Of a DNA stretch of 64,000 bases, positions 39,675-53,354 are shown in pieces. Both the position numbers and the translations under genes were made by a program. Every line of letters starts with the position of its first letter. Positions within the stretch are counted from its first letter, which is position 1. The notes under the pieces are model-generated. The model made no database searches. It had not been told where the DNA came from and saw only the letters and a list, made by a program, of their open reading frames with translations. The DNA is from Octopus sinensis (Eukaryota), in contig NC_042997.1 of the NCBI RefSeq assembly GCF_006345805.1, positions 126,790,001 to 126,854,000 on the forward strand, in the 5' to 3' direction.

Positions 39675-39729
<55 letters not shown>

Positions 39730-40851
39730 ATATACATGCACACACACACATAACTGCATGGCAACAAACAATGCATATATATATATTTCCATACATACAT
39801 ACATACATACATGCATACATACATACATACATACATACATACATACATGCAAACATACATACACACATACATACATACATACATATTTGATAAGATAATT
39901 CTACGTCATCAGAATTGTAAGGCAAGACTACCAAAGATATTTTAAAATTGTCTTTAAGACTTTCGAAATAATTTTCCAGTGAAATGAATCCGTAGACAAT
40001 ACAACCGTTTGCCGGAAATTTTCCCCTCATTCACGAAATGAGTTTCTAAATTTGTTGAGTCGTTATATACCATTACATGTACGTACTCTACAGATATAGA
40101 TTGATCTGTAGATCGATAGAATATGGTCATAGTTATTGATTAATCCTGAAATAGTCATGAGTTTCAATGTGTCCGGCTGATTAACAATAACAGTACAGTC
40201 ATATTGTGATAAATGGTTGGTCTGACATGTTGAGTTCTTGATATTCTTGTTTAGCCCAGGTCAATCCTGACCGAGCAAATCGACCTATGAGCAAAGGCAA
40301 ATCTATTCATGATCATTCTGTCCGGTTAGAGTTATCTGAGACTACACAATCTGATATATCATTGATTTTTTTTGAAGGCCGTGTAGTGTGATTTTAGGGA
40401 GATTTATCTACTATTTCCAGTAAGTCGCATGATTAAGTAGAGGCTCCCTCATTGGTTGTTATCCGCCTGTTATATACTGATGGAGAGTGGATAGCTGTTT
40501 TTGTATGTTGTGATATTTAGAATTTACATGACTAATGGTAGACTGATATATAATAGTAGTCCTTTCATATTGTATTATATCATACTAGACCGAAATGTCC
40601 AGTTGTTGTTGGCTGATCGATAGATGATAGCTGTCATGTGATACGGTGATATATCTTATATTAGACTGAGATGTCCAACTTGATATCGAAATCTGGACGG
40701 CATCTGGAAGGAAAAGAAATTAAACAATCATATATAAAATAATAAAATGTCAAATGAAAATAGCAAGAACCAATTCTGGTAATAATAGGTGTCTTGGGAA
40801 TGATTAAAAAGAGGAAAAGTCTAATATATAATCACACACACACATACGCGC

Positions 40852-40899
<48 letters not shown>

Positions 40900-41127
40900 G
40901 AACAACATGCAGAGAACAGAACGACGTGTGTGTGTACGTATCTTATTACGAGTAGTTTCAATACAATAAAAAAAGAACACAAATAAATAAAAAGCCTTCA
41001 CAGCTGAAAGTATGCTATAAGAGTAAAACTATCGCAATAATGGTAACAACAACAACAATAGCAGCAGCAGCAGCAGCAGCAACACTGTTAGAATTGGAAA
41101 AGGTAGAAAATGGTATAAACATGAGCC

Positions 41128-41576
41128 AACGGGTGTGGTAGAAAATGACAGAGCCAAATTCCCATGATCCAATGTGATCATGGAATCGGACATTGGAAAT
41201 CTGATATTGTGCTGGTAGATAATAGGGAGGGGTTAAATCATGTCTGATCTTAAACATCGCGTGTCCTGGAGACAGAAGAAACGTCGAAAAAGAAGAAAAA
41301 TTGGCAAGAAATGAACCTCTGGTGCAATAAATCAAAAGGCCCTGGTCAGTGGAAAAGGTGTAGACTGTGTCAATAACAGTTGGCTCCCAAGGAGCAGTGA
41401 ACAATAAAATTAAAAAGTGGTTGGAAAATAGAGTACATCCAAAAAAGAGCATTACTTAGCCGCGCGAAGAATCTCCACGAAGTTTTCGAGATGTGGATAA
41501 AAATATACCACCTTAGTTCATGGGAAGTGAATAGCTGGTACATTAGTGGCACTTCCAGCCATCAGCTATAGCAGAT

Positions 41577-41580
<4 letters not shown>
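41128..41580 (+). mobile_element. R4/Dong LINE 3' fragment
   Basis: VVENDRAK, KSDIVLVDK, CLILNIACPGD and KEEKL. Ends in (AAC)/(AAT)n. Confidence 0.75.
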
Positions 41581-41608
<28 letters not shown>

Positions 41609-41689
41609 GATAATAATAATGGGTTCAAATTTTGCCACAAGGGCAGTAAGTTTGGGGGAGGGGATTCATTGATTGACAGTATTTTATAT

Positions 41690-43250
41690 CGCTTGCACAT
41701 ACTTTTCATCAGATTTACTAAAAGTAGAACTTCCACCTTCTCCTCACCCACCATTACAAGTGGAACTTGAAGAATTTGATCGGAGAGACAAGAATTCCGT
41801 CTTCAACATCTTTCAGTCTCTATCACCATAGATCAAGAAAAACTAGTCGTCCTTCTCAGCCAGACGAAGGTGACAGAAGGTCCGACACACAACAACACAT
41901 TCTGAACGAGTGCGTGAAGGACGGCTTCACAGTTCTCAGCTTATCTCATAGTGAACTGATTACACGTCTGTCTCTAGTGCTTATCTTGAACCAGCAATGC
42001 ACTTCTTTTCTTCAGTCAAGCTAGGCCAAGAAATTCCAGAAGTTTTCTATAGGCTTTGGGCCAAAAGTCTTCTGGGATTAAATTCTCAGCCTGAATTCTT
42101 TGAAGCTCAGGGTCTTCTCGAGAACGTTTTCACCTTATACTGTTAGTGACATTCCAACAACCGCATCGTCCGATTGGTAGGGGACACTGAGTACCCTGGA
42201 ACATCCCAGATGCTAGACCCACGAACGTGGTCTTCGCTCGATCCAGGGCTAAAAAAAGAGACAAGTTTTAGAGGAATGTGCTTTATAAATAGTGGCAATA
42301 CCTCCTCATCGCCTAAGAATCTATGAAAAAGTTGCAATATGAACGCATACCAGTGTATCATTGGTCTCAGAAAAGCAAGCCGTCCGTGCAGGTGTTGGCA
42401 GCAAATTGACATCCAGCCAAGAGAAGCCGTATAAGAACAGAAAGAGCAAACCTTCCAACTTGGTCCGATGTAATTTGGAGCAAGGCATCATGATCAGGTG
42501 ATAATATATGACTGAAATGTTGCATGTATTTGCTAACTTTTTTTGATGTATCAGGCATAGCTTCTAAAATTCCTCGTAGCTTCACTCCATTTGTTATCTA
42601 TCTAGAAGTCTGGCTCGAAGCAGACTTTAAGAAATTTAACTGGACTGTTGGCCCAGTAACAGATGACACAGTTGCTGGTTAGCATGAACTTGACTTTCCA
42701 GGGTTTCCAGTTGTATGCCCATCGACTCCTTTGAAATGCACTTGTAAGTGTTCTTCCCTCTCTCTGCTTTCAGAATCATTTCTTTTGGAAGGAATATTAG
42801 ACATGGCGCCACGATATTCACCACCATGTATGTGGGGCTTCGACTTCGATTGGATAGAGCGTTCTTAGTAGAACCTTGTTATTTGCTTAAACAATAAAAT
42901 TCTCCACGAGGATTAGCGGGGATTGTAGTTATTGTGTTATGACCAGTGAAATTAGCTGTGTTTGTGCAGTGTATGGTGGATGTGTTGTTGCTACGGTTGT
43001 TGGTTTTTTGTTGCCAATACTGTTGGTGCCAAACGGTTACAATGACCATGCGATAAAGATGCCAGCTGTTGAAGATGCTAAATTTCTACTGCTGTGTTTT
43101 TCGCGGCCTTCGCCACTGCCATCATTTTCAAATTGATGACACAAGTGTTAATGTAGTTGATGGTGGAGCTGGCGATCTTAAACGTCATTAACGGCGCCAC
43201 TGATTACTGGAATGAATTTCGGTGGAAAAAACCACATTCTTTTCTCTTCT
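41690..43250 (-). mobile_element. Possible degraded CRE-clade LINE fragment
   Basis: Frameshifted motifs FIKHIP, PLVMVGE and CEAVLHA, plus Cys/His-rich N-terminal pieces. Confidence 0.35.
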
Positions 43251-43604
43251 TTTTGTTTCACTGAAAGGTCTTCGTACCTTCAACCGTCACTTTCCCTTTT
43301 CCTTTCCTGTCTAACTGGTTTTCAAGATAATAAATAAATGAAAAAGAAATCAAATAGAATAAATATATGACGCTTTATCAAAATAATTATTTGTTAAATG
43401 AAAATTTTAAAAGTGTGCCTTCAGGAGGCTGTTGTACACTTGTATAGCGAGTCTAAAAAAAATATATATGACTTCTATTGTGCATTCCAAAAGCATAATT
43501 TATCGTTCAGCAATAACTACAAAAGCAACTTCAACACCATCAGCAGCATCAGGAACAGCAGCATCAGGAGCAGCAGCAACAGAAACAACAACAACAATAA
43601 TGAT

Positions 43605-43807
43605 CTAAATTTTGGCAGAAGGTTAGCATTTTAAGGAGTGGGGAGTCAGTCGATTATATCGACCTCTGCCTTACCTGGTATTTTTTCTTATTGACCCTGA
43701 AAGGATGAAGGGCAAAGTTGACCTCGGTGACATCTGAACTTAGAATGTACAAAGCCGGAAAAAATGCAAAATTACATTTTCTCCGATGCCCTAACGATTC
43801 TGCCAGC
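43605..43807 (-). mobile_element. SINE family B, alternative-tail subfamily
   Basis: SINE B core with a tail ending CCAAAATTT..(ATT/GTT)n. Confidence 0.75.
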
Positions 43808-44020
43808 AGGGACTTCGTCATATAGACTGCCTACACTATTGAGGCAAGACGGTCAGACATGATTACAGAGAACAAAATAAGCAAACAGTATAAGATCATA
43901 GATTTTTGTAATTTAAAACCCTAAGCTTAACACCAACATGAACTGCTATCTTGTTGTCTCTTGAGGGTTTCTGGGTGAGACTTGGAGCCAACTTGTACAA
44001 ATACAAAACAAAAGTCAAAC
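43808..44020 (+). mobile_element. R4/Dong fragments ending at (TAA)n
   Basis: TIEARRSDMITENK..KIIDF, then a 3'UTR-like segment. Confidence 0.6.
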
Positions 44021-44073
44021 ATAATAATAATAATAATAATAAGGATAATAATAATAATAATAATAAAAATAAA

Positions 44074-44105
<32 letters not shown>

Positions 44106-44304
44106 TAATAATAATAATAACATCGACAAGAACAACAATGATGATGTTGATGATGATGATGATGATGATTATGATAAGAGCATAGTCGCTTTGAATTTTC
44201 TTTCCTGTTCCCCCTTCACTTCCCTTGTTTCCTTGTATTCATTTCTTTTTTATTTTCTTCTTTCTCTCTGTTTTTCTTCCCCCATTTTTTTCTATCACAT
44301 GACT

Positions 44305-44424
44305 TTTTAAATGAACAATCTGGTGTCTTTATTTTAATGACCTACCAATATATATACAGTGAGTTTCTTTGCCCTAGGCATCGGGAAGACTCTCGGCAAG
44401 AAATGGAAACAAAATTGAAAGAAG

Positions 44425-44425
<1 letters not shown>
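44305..44425 (+). mobile_element. Dong 3'UTR fragment ending at (TAA)n
   Basis: Matches 49473-49592. Confidence 0.8.
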
Positions 44426-44477
<52 letters not shown>

Positions 44478-44481
44478 TTAA

Positions 44482-44523
<42 letters not shown>

Positions 44524-44867
44524 TGACCCACGAATAGTCAAGAAAGAAGGCGAAAATATAAATAGATGCAACCTTCTTAAATACGTAATAGCCCTGCTAT
44601 GGAAAATGAAGAAGGTGAAGATAGTGCCAACTGTTCTTGGGTCCTTGGGAACAGTATCAGAAGGCATGAAGGGGAATATAAAGGAAATTGGAATAGAGTA
44701 CACAGTGGAACAATTACAAAAGGCTTGCCTCCTTGGCACGGCCAGAATAATCCTGAAAGTATTAGATAGCTGCAAAGAATGGATAGCATGGTACCATAGG
44801 CTGCAGGTAGCAAGCCTGCTACGCATACAAGTCTCCAGGAGCTCCAACAAAACCTGTGATAAAGATA

Positions 44868-44868
<1 letters not shown>
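44524..44868 (+). mobile_element. Dong 3' fragment between (TAA)n tracts
   Basis: VKIVPTVLGSLGTV...LQKACLLGTARII. Matches 51218-51560. Confidence 0.85.
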
Positions 44869-44932
<64 letters not shown>

Positions 44933-44933
<1 letters not shown>

Positions 44934-45410
44934 CAGGAGGCTTTGTTAGAAAATGATAATTATAAGATCTTGTGGGATTTCTCCATAAAGCCTAACTATT
45001 CTATAGAAGCAAGTAGATCAGATATGATTATAGAGGATAAAATGAACACATAGTGTGAGATGATAGGTTTTGAAATTCCCTATGGTAACAGAGTAAATAT
45101 CAAAGAAACTAAAAAAAAACAAAAAATAGAAAAAAATGTATTATCAGGATCTAGTCAGAGAACTGAAGATACTGTGGAAAACCAAGACAGCAATTATGCC
45201 AGTAGTAATTGGTAAACTTGGCACAACACCCAAGTTGCTTAATAAAAGACTGTAAGAAATTGGAATTGAAACTCACGTTGTCGATCTGCAGAAAAGTACC
45301 ATTGTGCATCCTGCAAGAATTCTAAGGAAGAATCTTGAGATCTGAAGAGATTTTTTTTCACTGAACATCACGATAAAATATCTGCTAACTAAAATAATAT
45401 GCACTAGCAT
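44933..45410 (+). mobile_element. Dong 3' fragment between (TAA)n tracts
   Basis: LENDNYKILWDFSI..EASRSDMII, MPVVIGKLG and LQKSTIVHPARILRK. Confidence 0.85.
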
Positions 45411-45432
45411 AATAATAATAATACTGATAATA

Positions 45433-45648
45433 GTTTCAAAATTTGGCACAAGGCCAGCAATTTTTTGGGGGAGGGGGCTGAGTCGATTACAACGACCTTA
45501 GCGTTCAACAGGTACTTATTTTATCGACCTCAAAAGGATTAAATGCAAAGTAGACTTCAGCGGAATTTGAACTCACAACATAGAGACTAACGAAATGTCG
45601 GTAAGCATTTTGCCCGGTATGCTAAAGATTCTGCCAGCTCCCCGTTTT
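45433..45648 (-). mobile_element. SINE family B, alternative-tail subfamily, within (TAA)n
   Basis: SINE B core and a GCCTTGTGCCAAATTTTGAAA tail. Confidence 0.85.
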
Positions 45649-45659
45649 AATAATAATAG

Positions 45660-46040
45660 TGGCCGGCAATATGTGCATCTCTGATCATGAGCAGAAGTAG
45701 TTGGGGAGCATCATACCCATGTGTTGAAAGGAATTCTTGGATGTTTGGATAATTCACCTTTGGAAACATGGGTGGTTCGTTCAACATCCTTAAACAATCC
45801 TTATTCAGGGACCCTTTGAGCGGGATGGGCTACTCAACCAGAAGAAAATTCTAACTGGGCCCCGCCTGCAAGGTCATGTGCTGTTTATCTTGATATGAGA
45901 TCACCATGTCGCGCACATATTGTTGTGATGCATGTGCCTAGTGTACCCTTATCAGACGGGTAGTCATGATGGGTATACTGGGCTTCGTATATTTTGCCCC
46001 GGTGTCGCTTTGATGGCATGCACTGCTCTCTCACTCAATG
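45660..46040 (+). mobile_element. Unassigned non-coding retro-like fragment ending at (TAA)n
   Basis: GC-richer segment flanked by TAA tracts. No coding motif recognised. Confidence 0.5.
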
Positions 46041-46049
46041 ATAATAATG

Positions 46050-46116
<67 letters not shown>

Positions 46117-46126
46117 TAATAATAAC

Positions 46127-46740
46127 AAATACTACAAAATTGGCATTGCTGCTTATTGGTATGAACATCATCTTGAGCCAGAGGTTGAAGGTAAAATTGT
46201 CATTATCCTCTTTGATTTTCCTGTCAACTCTGACAGAACGATCCAGGCTAATCGACCAGACATAATCAATAAAGACAAGGAAGAAAATTCTTGTAGAATA
46301 ATAGACATAAATGTGCCTACTGATAAAAATATATCTGTGAAGGAATTTGATAAATTAAGTAAATATAAGGACCTGGGAATTGAAATGGAAAAGATGTGGT
46401 ATCTTAAAGCGAGAATTGTTCCTGTTATAGTAGGGGCCCTAGGTATGATAAAAAAGAACGTCAGAAACTTTAGATAATATCCCAGGAGAACCATGTCTCA
46501 GAGAAATCCAAAAGATTGTGCTGAGAAGTACTGCCCGCATACTTAGAAAAACCTTATCCATTTAAATGTCTGTGTTATATTACATGAAGATATTTCGCTA
46601 CTGCTCCTGCCATTTGTGCTCCCCAAGCTTTCAGTCATACTGTAACATCTCTTGTCCTTCACTCGCTCTAGGACGCCGGGTGTGTTTCGGAAAATGATTG
46701 TAACAAACATGCAGATTAAAAGTAAATAACAACAACAATA
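46127..46740 (+). mobile_element. Dong 3' fragment with REL endonuclease
   Basis: WYEH, DFPVNSDRTIQANRPDII, IIDINVP, KLSKYKDL and VPVIVGALG. Confidence 0.9.
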
Positions 46741-46859
46741 ATAATAGAAATAATGACAGGATCAAGCAAAGTAAACAAGACCGAGGGCTCTGAGAAGTAA
46801 AACAACAACAACAACAACAGCAACATTATTTATGCATCTACTAAGGTAATTGAATCCAT

Positions 46860-49592
46860 TGTATCCCTCTGAAAAACAAAGAAAACCAAACCTGGGAAGA
46901 AATCCAAACCGGAGAAGTAAAATTGAAAAAAAGAGTGAATTAATGAGAGGTGAAATATCAATATTAAATGAACTAATCTGTAGAGACGATGTAAGCTTTA
47001 GAGAAGGAAGAAAGACGAAGAGAAAATATGGATTCTCACCAAGGGAAGAACTAATATCAACAAAATAAACACTAAAACAAAAAGTCCAAGCTAAAGCTCA
47101 ATACATACGAAGATTTGAGAAAAGAAACAAGTTTTACAAGTGAAATAAGATGTTCACATCCAATGCCAAAATATTCCACAGAGAAATAAGGAAGAAGAAG
47201 ACAACCGTCGAAAAGCCTCCCTTCCCATGGAAGAAGTTGAAAACATTTGGAAAAGAATTTGGAGTGAAGACATATAACAAAAATGCACTGAAGGGTAGTA
47301 CCAAAATTTATCAGAACAAGCGTAGAAAGACATCACAATAGCAGATCTAAGATGACCCTCACAAAGTCTCATAAATGGAAATCCCTCAGTAACAATGGGT
47401 TGCCAAAGTTCTGGCTCGCACTTTCCCGTGTAAACACGAAAAGTTAGTTCAACTGTTCAACAAAGTTATGAGAGATCCTAAGAAAACACCTGATTGGTTA
47501 GCAAGTGATATTACTTACCTACTCCCAAAGAATAATGAAATCAAATTTCCAAAACATTATCGGCCCATAAGCTGGGTATTCTACCACATATAAAATTTTA
47601 ACATCTTTCCCCGTGAAGAAATATATGCATTTCTGGGGGGAGAGAACGATATTTTCCCCACTGCTCATATGGATGTAAAAATCAACTCCTAATAACTCGC
47701 AGAAATCTCAGTCCCTCATGGATTGATTACGAAAAGGTCTTTGACCGCAACCGCATTCATGGAACTTGAAATCACTGGGCATCTTCAAAATTTCTCCTGT
47801 AATTTCAAACTTCCTGAAGCATAATATGTCACTGTGGCGTACGAATCGCCAATAATATCATTCTAATGGAGTACTAGCTTTAAACAACATTATCATCAAC
47901 TGTGCCATTTTTTAGGGTGACTCACTTCCACATCTAATTTTTTGCATAACATTAATACTCCTCCCAAGTGAACTTAGAACAGAGTATGGGTATAAAATTG
48001 ACAAGAAAAAAAGCCGTCTATTTTATATGGAAAACTTAAAACTCGATGGCAAAGTCAATGATAAGCTTCCATGCCTATTACATACTGTGAAAGCATTCAG
48101 GGATGACATCGGAATGGAGTTTGGTCGTGTTAAGTGTGCGAAGGCCGCTTTCCAAGTAGGGAAACCGAAGACTTCACATCCACTCGTATCGTTGAAACAG
48201 TTATAAAAGAATTTGAGGTGGAACAAATTTACAAATACCCCAGAATAAATAAAGGCTCTGGCATTCAGCATGCAAACATGAAAGCGATCAGGAAAGAATG
48301 TTATATGAAAGTTCTGGCAGTCTTGAAATCTGAGCTAAATGAACATAACAACGTGTTAAGGCATAAATTCCTAAAAAGTTCCAGTTGTTACTTAGAGCTT
48401 TAATATGTTAAACTGGGATATCAGTGAAATAAAGAAAATTGACGGAAAAATACATAAGCTTCTAACTCGTTATGAGATGCACCTCCCAAAAACAGATGTG
48501 AATCGTTTTTACCTTTTCAGAGCACAAGGAAGTAGCGGCATGAGCCAATTTGAACTCACAATTAGACTGGTCACATACCTTGAAAAATCTAACGACTGGA
48601 AACTAAAATTCGTTGAAAATCCCGAGAGGCATAAGAAGCTTCATTTTGTGATGGAGGAGAGCAAAAAATTTGCTACTGAGTTCATGCATGATACTCAGGC
48701 TTAACAGTTTGAGGGAAGTACGGCAACTGTTGTAAAGAAGCTGAAATTAATGGCAAAGAAAAAGTGCATGAACAATTGGTTACGGAGCTCAGGGATTAAC
48801 AGAGAGCGAAGACTTTATCTGCTCAAGTTCAAAGTTTATTGACCGGGAAATACCAAGCCATTGTGATGAAAAATGGAGTAGACCCAACGTGCCGATTCTG
48901 TAATGACGAGATTGAAACAGTGGAGCATCTCTGATTGCTAAGTTTTAGCACCAATAGTCAAGACATGACAGAGTTGGCTAATATCTACACTGGTTAATAG
49001 GCATTACAAAATCAAAACTATTGACAAGTGGCATAAACACCACCCTGAGGCTGTAACTGAGGGAGAAAATGTAACGATTCTTTTAAACTTTCCAGTACAT
49101 ACAGACAAAAACCATAAAAACTAATAAACCGGATACTGATGTGAAAGACCAAAACAATAAAGTGTGTTTATTGATCGACACGAGTACACCTTGTAACCAT
49201 AATATTTCAGCAAAAGAATTTGACAAACTCAGAAAATATAAAGATTTACTCATTGAAATCGAAAGATGGCATCTCAAGGCGGTTACAATACCAGTGATTG
49301 TAGGAGCACTTGGAATGATCAAGAAAAGGAAATGAGAATTATTTGAGAATAATCCCTGGCATACCATCTCTGCTAGAAGTGCAAAAGATTGTTTTAACTG
49401 GTATGTAATAAGAAGAGATGTATATCACACGTATTAAGAAGTGGGATCGATTTTACACATATCTTTAATTTTGTAAATGAACAATCTGATGTGTTTATTT
49501 TTAATGGCCTATCAATGTATACGTTGAGTTTCTATGCCCAAGGTGTTGGGAAAATACTCGGCAAGAAATGGAAACAAAATTGAAAGGAGTAA
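46860..49592 (+). mobile_element. Long degraded Dong LINE (RT and REL) ending at (TAA)n
   Basis: HYRPIS, IDYEKVFD, GDSL, DDIGMEFGRVKC, CRFC, NKPD and KYKDLLIEIERWHLKAVTIPVIVGALG. Confidence 0.9.
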
Positions 49593-49639
49593 AATAATAA
49601 TAATAATAATAATATTAATAATAATAATAATAATAATAG

Positions 49640-51560
49640 TTTCTACCTGTTGAACAGAAAGGGTGCCGAAAGGGGAGCCGGGATTCGAAGGATCAGCTCT
49701 TAATTGATAATCTAATTATCAGGAACAGCAAGAGAAGACATGCAAACCTGAGCATAGTATGCATTGACTATGGTAAACGATACGATATAATACCACACTC
49801 CTGGATAATAAGAAGAATGGAAATATATGGAGTAGCAGAAAATAAATATGAGAAGCCTTATATGGAATAGCATGCAATACTAGAGAACATAATTGACAGC
49901 AGGGAATCTAGTATTAGGAGAGGTGAAAATCAAAGGGAATCTTCCAGGGGGACACTGTGTCCCCACTGATCATTGTGCTGGGAATGATCCCCTTGAGTGA
50001 AATAAAACAGAAAACAAAGTTAGGGTATGATCTAGGAAGAGGTAAGGGAAAACTGAACCACTTACTATTCATGGACGACCTGAAGCTATTCACAAAAACT
50101 GAAGCGAAACTGGACAGCCTAGTCCAGTCTGTACGGATTTTCTCCAATGATATTAAGATGGAGTTTGAACTCTCAAATTGTGCTACGATGGCGACGAGAC
50201 GAGGAAAGCTTGTCAAGACAGAAGGTATGGTTGCCAAGTGGTGAAATGATGAAGGCAATTCACCTTCAATCCGGTTATAAATATCTCGGAATACTTGAGG
50301 TAGACGCAATCAAACAATGGCATGAAGGAAATGACAAAAAGCGAGTACCTTCGGCGAGTGAGAAAAATATTGGCTTCAAAGCTAAATGCCAGAAACATAA
50401 ACTCGCGTGTAGTGGCAGTAGTTTGTTATGGTGCTGGAATCCTGAAGTGGACAGAGGAGGAGCTAAAGGAGATGAACAGGAAGTCAAGAAAGCTTCTAAC
50501 GATGCATGGAACTCATCGTCCACGTACAGACACTGATCACCTATACATGATGAGAGCAAATGGAGGAAGAGGACTGGTAAATGTAGAAGACTGTGCGCGA
50601 ATCGAACTCGAGAGCTTAATGAGATAACTAGCCCAAAGTAAGGAATTCTTGCTAGTGACAGGAACGAGGGAGTATTGAGAGCAGAGGAAAAAGGAAAAAC
50701 AAAAGAAGAAATACAAAATGGACACGAAGTAGAATTATGCAACAGTTAATTCCATACAGCCACAATAGAAATTGCTGCAAAAATAAGTAGGATTGACTGA
50801 TGAAAGGAACGCTGAAAGAAGAGACTGAGAATACTATGCTGGCAGCGCAAGACCATGCTTTGGCTACGAGCTGGAGGGTCGACCTTAGGAATGAACAAGT
50901 GTTTCTGCTGAGCCGCATCTGCAATAGAATGGATAAAACCGTTACCCATATCATAAACGAATGCCTTAAACTTGCCCAAAACCACAAGTTGTGGCAACAC
51001 GACCAAGTAGTGAAAGTACTGTGCGAAAAGTGGGGACTAGAGATAGGCAAGACGTGGTATGAGTACAAACCACAGAGAGTGGTGGAGTCAGAGACTAGCA
51101 AAATCCTCTGGGATTTCCCAATCCAAACAGATCAGCTGCTAGAGCATCACAGACCGAACCTAATGGTGGTGGACAAGATGCACCACATATGTTATATACT
51201 TGATGTTGAATGCCCCTTTGACTCACGAATAGTCAAGAAGGAATGGGAAAAATAGAGAAATACATCCTTCTTAAGTACGAAATAGCCCGACTATAGAAAA
51301 TGAAGAAGGTGAAGAAAGTGCTAATTATTGTTGGGACCTTGGGAACAGTATGAGAAGGCATCAAGGGAAATATACAGGAAATTGGAATAAAGTGACAGGG
51401 TAGAACTGTTACAAAAGGTTTGTCTCTTTGGCACGGCTAGAATAATCAAGAAAGTATTAGCTGAAAAGAACGGATAGCATGCTCCCTTAGGCTGCAGGTA
51501 GCAAGTCCGTTACGCATGCAAGACTTCAGAAGCTCCAACAAAGCCTGTGACAAAGAGAAA
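49640..51560 (+). mobile_element. 5'-truncated Dong LINE (RT and REL)
   Basis: QKGCR, DQLLID, IFQGDTVSPL, NHLLFMDDLKLF, LYMMRANGGRGL, AAQDHAL, LWDFPIQTD...RPNL and LDVECPFD. Confidence 0.92.
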
Positions 51561-51616
51561 TTATGGTGATGATGATGATGATGATGATGATGATTAATAT
51601 GGGTTAATATCGGTAC

Positions 51617-51684
51617 TGCTGAATAAGATAATTCCAACACAGATTGAATCAAGAGAGACTTGGAAACAGAGCTGTCTAGAAAAT
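51617..51684 (-). CDS. Putative exon D of a divergent class-B/adhesion GPCR-like gene (3' boundary uncertain)
   Basis: Acceptor TTTATTTCAG, phase 1. Encodes DFLDSSVSKSLLIQSVLELSYSA(VPIL). Confidence 0.35.
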
Positions 51685-52396
51685 CTGAAATAAATAACAT
51701 CACAACGAAAAGCAAAATCAAAATTTACAAACATACATAAATAAATAAATCAAGAAAAAAAAATGAAAGAGATGCTATCAGAGCCTCTGTAAGTGCGGCT
51801 ATTAAAGCACAAATTATATCGTTGGAATAGTATACATGTCTATTAATGAGATCAACATGTAACATGAAGAAAAACAAAGAGAAATGAACTTTTCAATAGT
51901 AACAAAATGATTTGAAACGATACCAGTAAATACAGCTGATAATTATTTAGTTTTGTATTTCAATGATTACTGCGAATAAAATGTGTTCTTTAAGTAACGC
52001 TTCTTTAAATAATGCTTCCTTTAAATAAATAACTGAAAATTGGGATAATCAATACAAAAAGAAACCGACTTTTAAATACTAACAAAACAAACGAATTTTA
52101 GATAAGTGTACACTATTTAAAAAGAAATCAAAGATGTCATTTATATAAAAAAATCAAATTAATCACCAACAAAATGCTTTTGATCGGGCTTATGTTGTAT
52201 GATGGATTTCTTAGTGTTAGCTTATTACTAATATAATACGAAGATAGCATATTAGTTTAGAAGCAGTACTCTCTCACTAGATTGATTCTAAAGAAAACAG
52301 TTTGTCTTTTACTGTGCGTGCTTAAAATTACAAGCAAAATTAAAAGAAATATAGTCGACCAATGAACACTATGTTGTAGTGTTATGCACATGTTAC

Positions 52397-52607
52397 CCGT
52401 TAACATTATATCCAATTCATACGAGTACCATAAAAGATACATGAGTTGAGAGAAAAGCGAGGAAGTAAGGGAAATATCTCTGCAAAAACATTTGGGAATG
52501 TACGGAGATTTATAATAAAGATAGCAAGATTCCCCCAAATTGAAACAAAGCAGATTAAAGAAGGAATTCATACTGAACATATCACAAAATGACCGACTGT
52601 ATATGGT
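52397..52607 (-). CDS. Putative exon C (TM2-TM3-like)
   Basis: AG/GT bounded, 211 nt, open, phase 0 to 1. CFCRDI...LWYSYE resembles the class-B TM3 C...WxxxE motif. Confidence 0.45.
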
Positions 52608-52740
52608 CTGTCACAAATCAATAAAAGCATTAAAACAGAAACCACTACATATAACAATACATAATAAACCACGAAAGAAAATAATGTAGCAGAGAAAACC
52701 ACACATACAATAAAAGATACCACAAAACAGTGAATATATT

Positions 52741-53354
52741 CTTTTCTACTTTAGGAACAAGGCCTGAACATTTTTGGTGGGGCGAGGGGGGATTAAGTCG
52801 GCCCCAGTACGCAACTGGTACTTAATTTATCGACCCCGAAATGATAAAAGGCAAAGTCGACCTCGGCGGAATTTGAACTCAGAACGTAAAGACAGACGAA
52901 ATACTGCTAAGCATTTCGCTCGGTGTGCTAACGTTTCTTATTTCTTTATTGCCCACAAGAGGCTAAACATAGAGGGGACAAACAAGGACAGACAAACGGA
53001 TTGAGTCGATTATATCGACCCCAGTGCGTAACTGGTACTTATTTAATCGACTCTGAAAGGATGAAAGGCAAAGTCGACCTCGGCGGAATTTGAATTCAGT
53101 ACGTAAAGACAGACGAAATACCTATTTCTTTACTACCCACAAGGGGCTAAACACAGAGAGGACAAACAAGGACAGACAAACGGACTAAGTCGATTACATC
53201 GATCCCAGTGCGGAACTGGTACTTAATTCATCGCTCCCAGAAGGATGAAAGGCAAAGTCGACCTCGGTGTAATTTGAACTTAGAACGTAGCGGCAGACCA
53301 AATAACGGTGAGCATTTCGTCCGGCGCGCTAACGTTTCTGCCAGCTCGCCGCCT
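52741..53354 (-). mobile_element. Trimeric SINE family B with 18-bp TSD
   Basis: TSD CAAAACAGTGAATATATT at 52723-52740 and 53355-53372. Confidence 0.92.
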
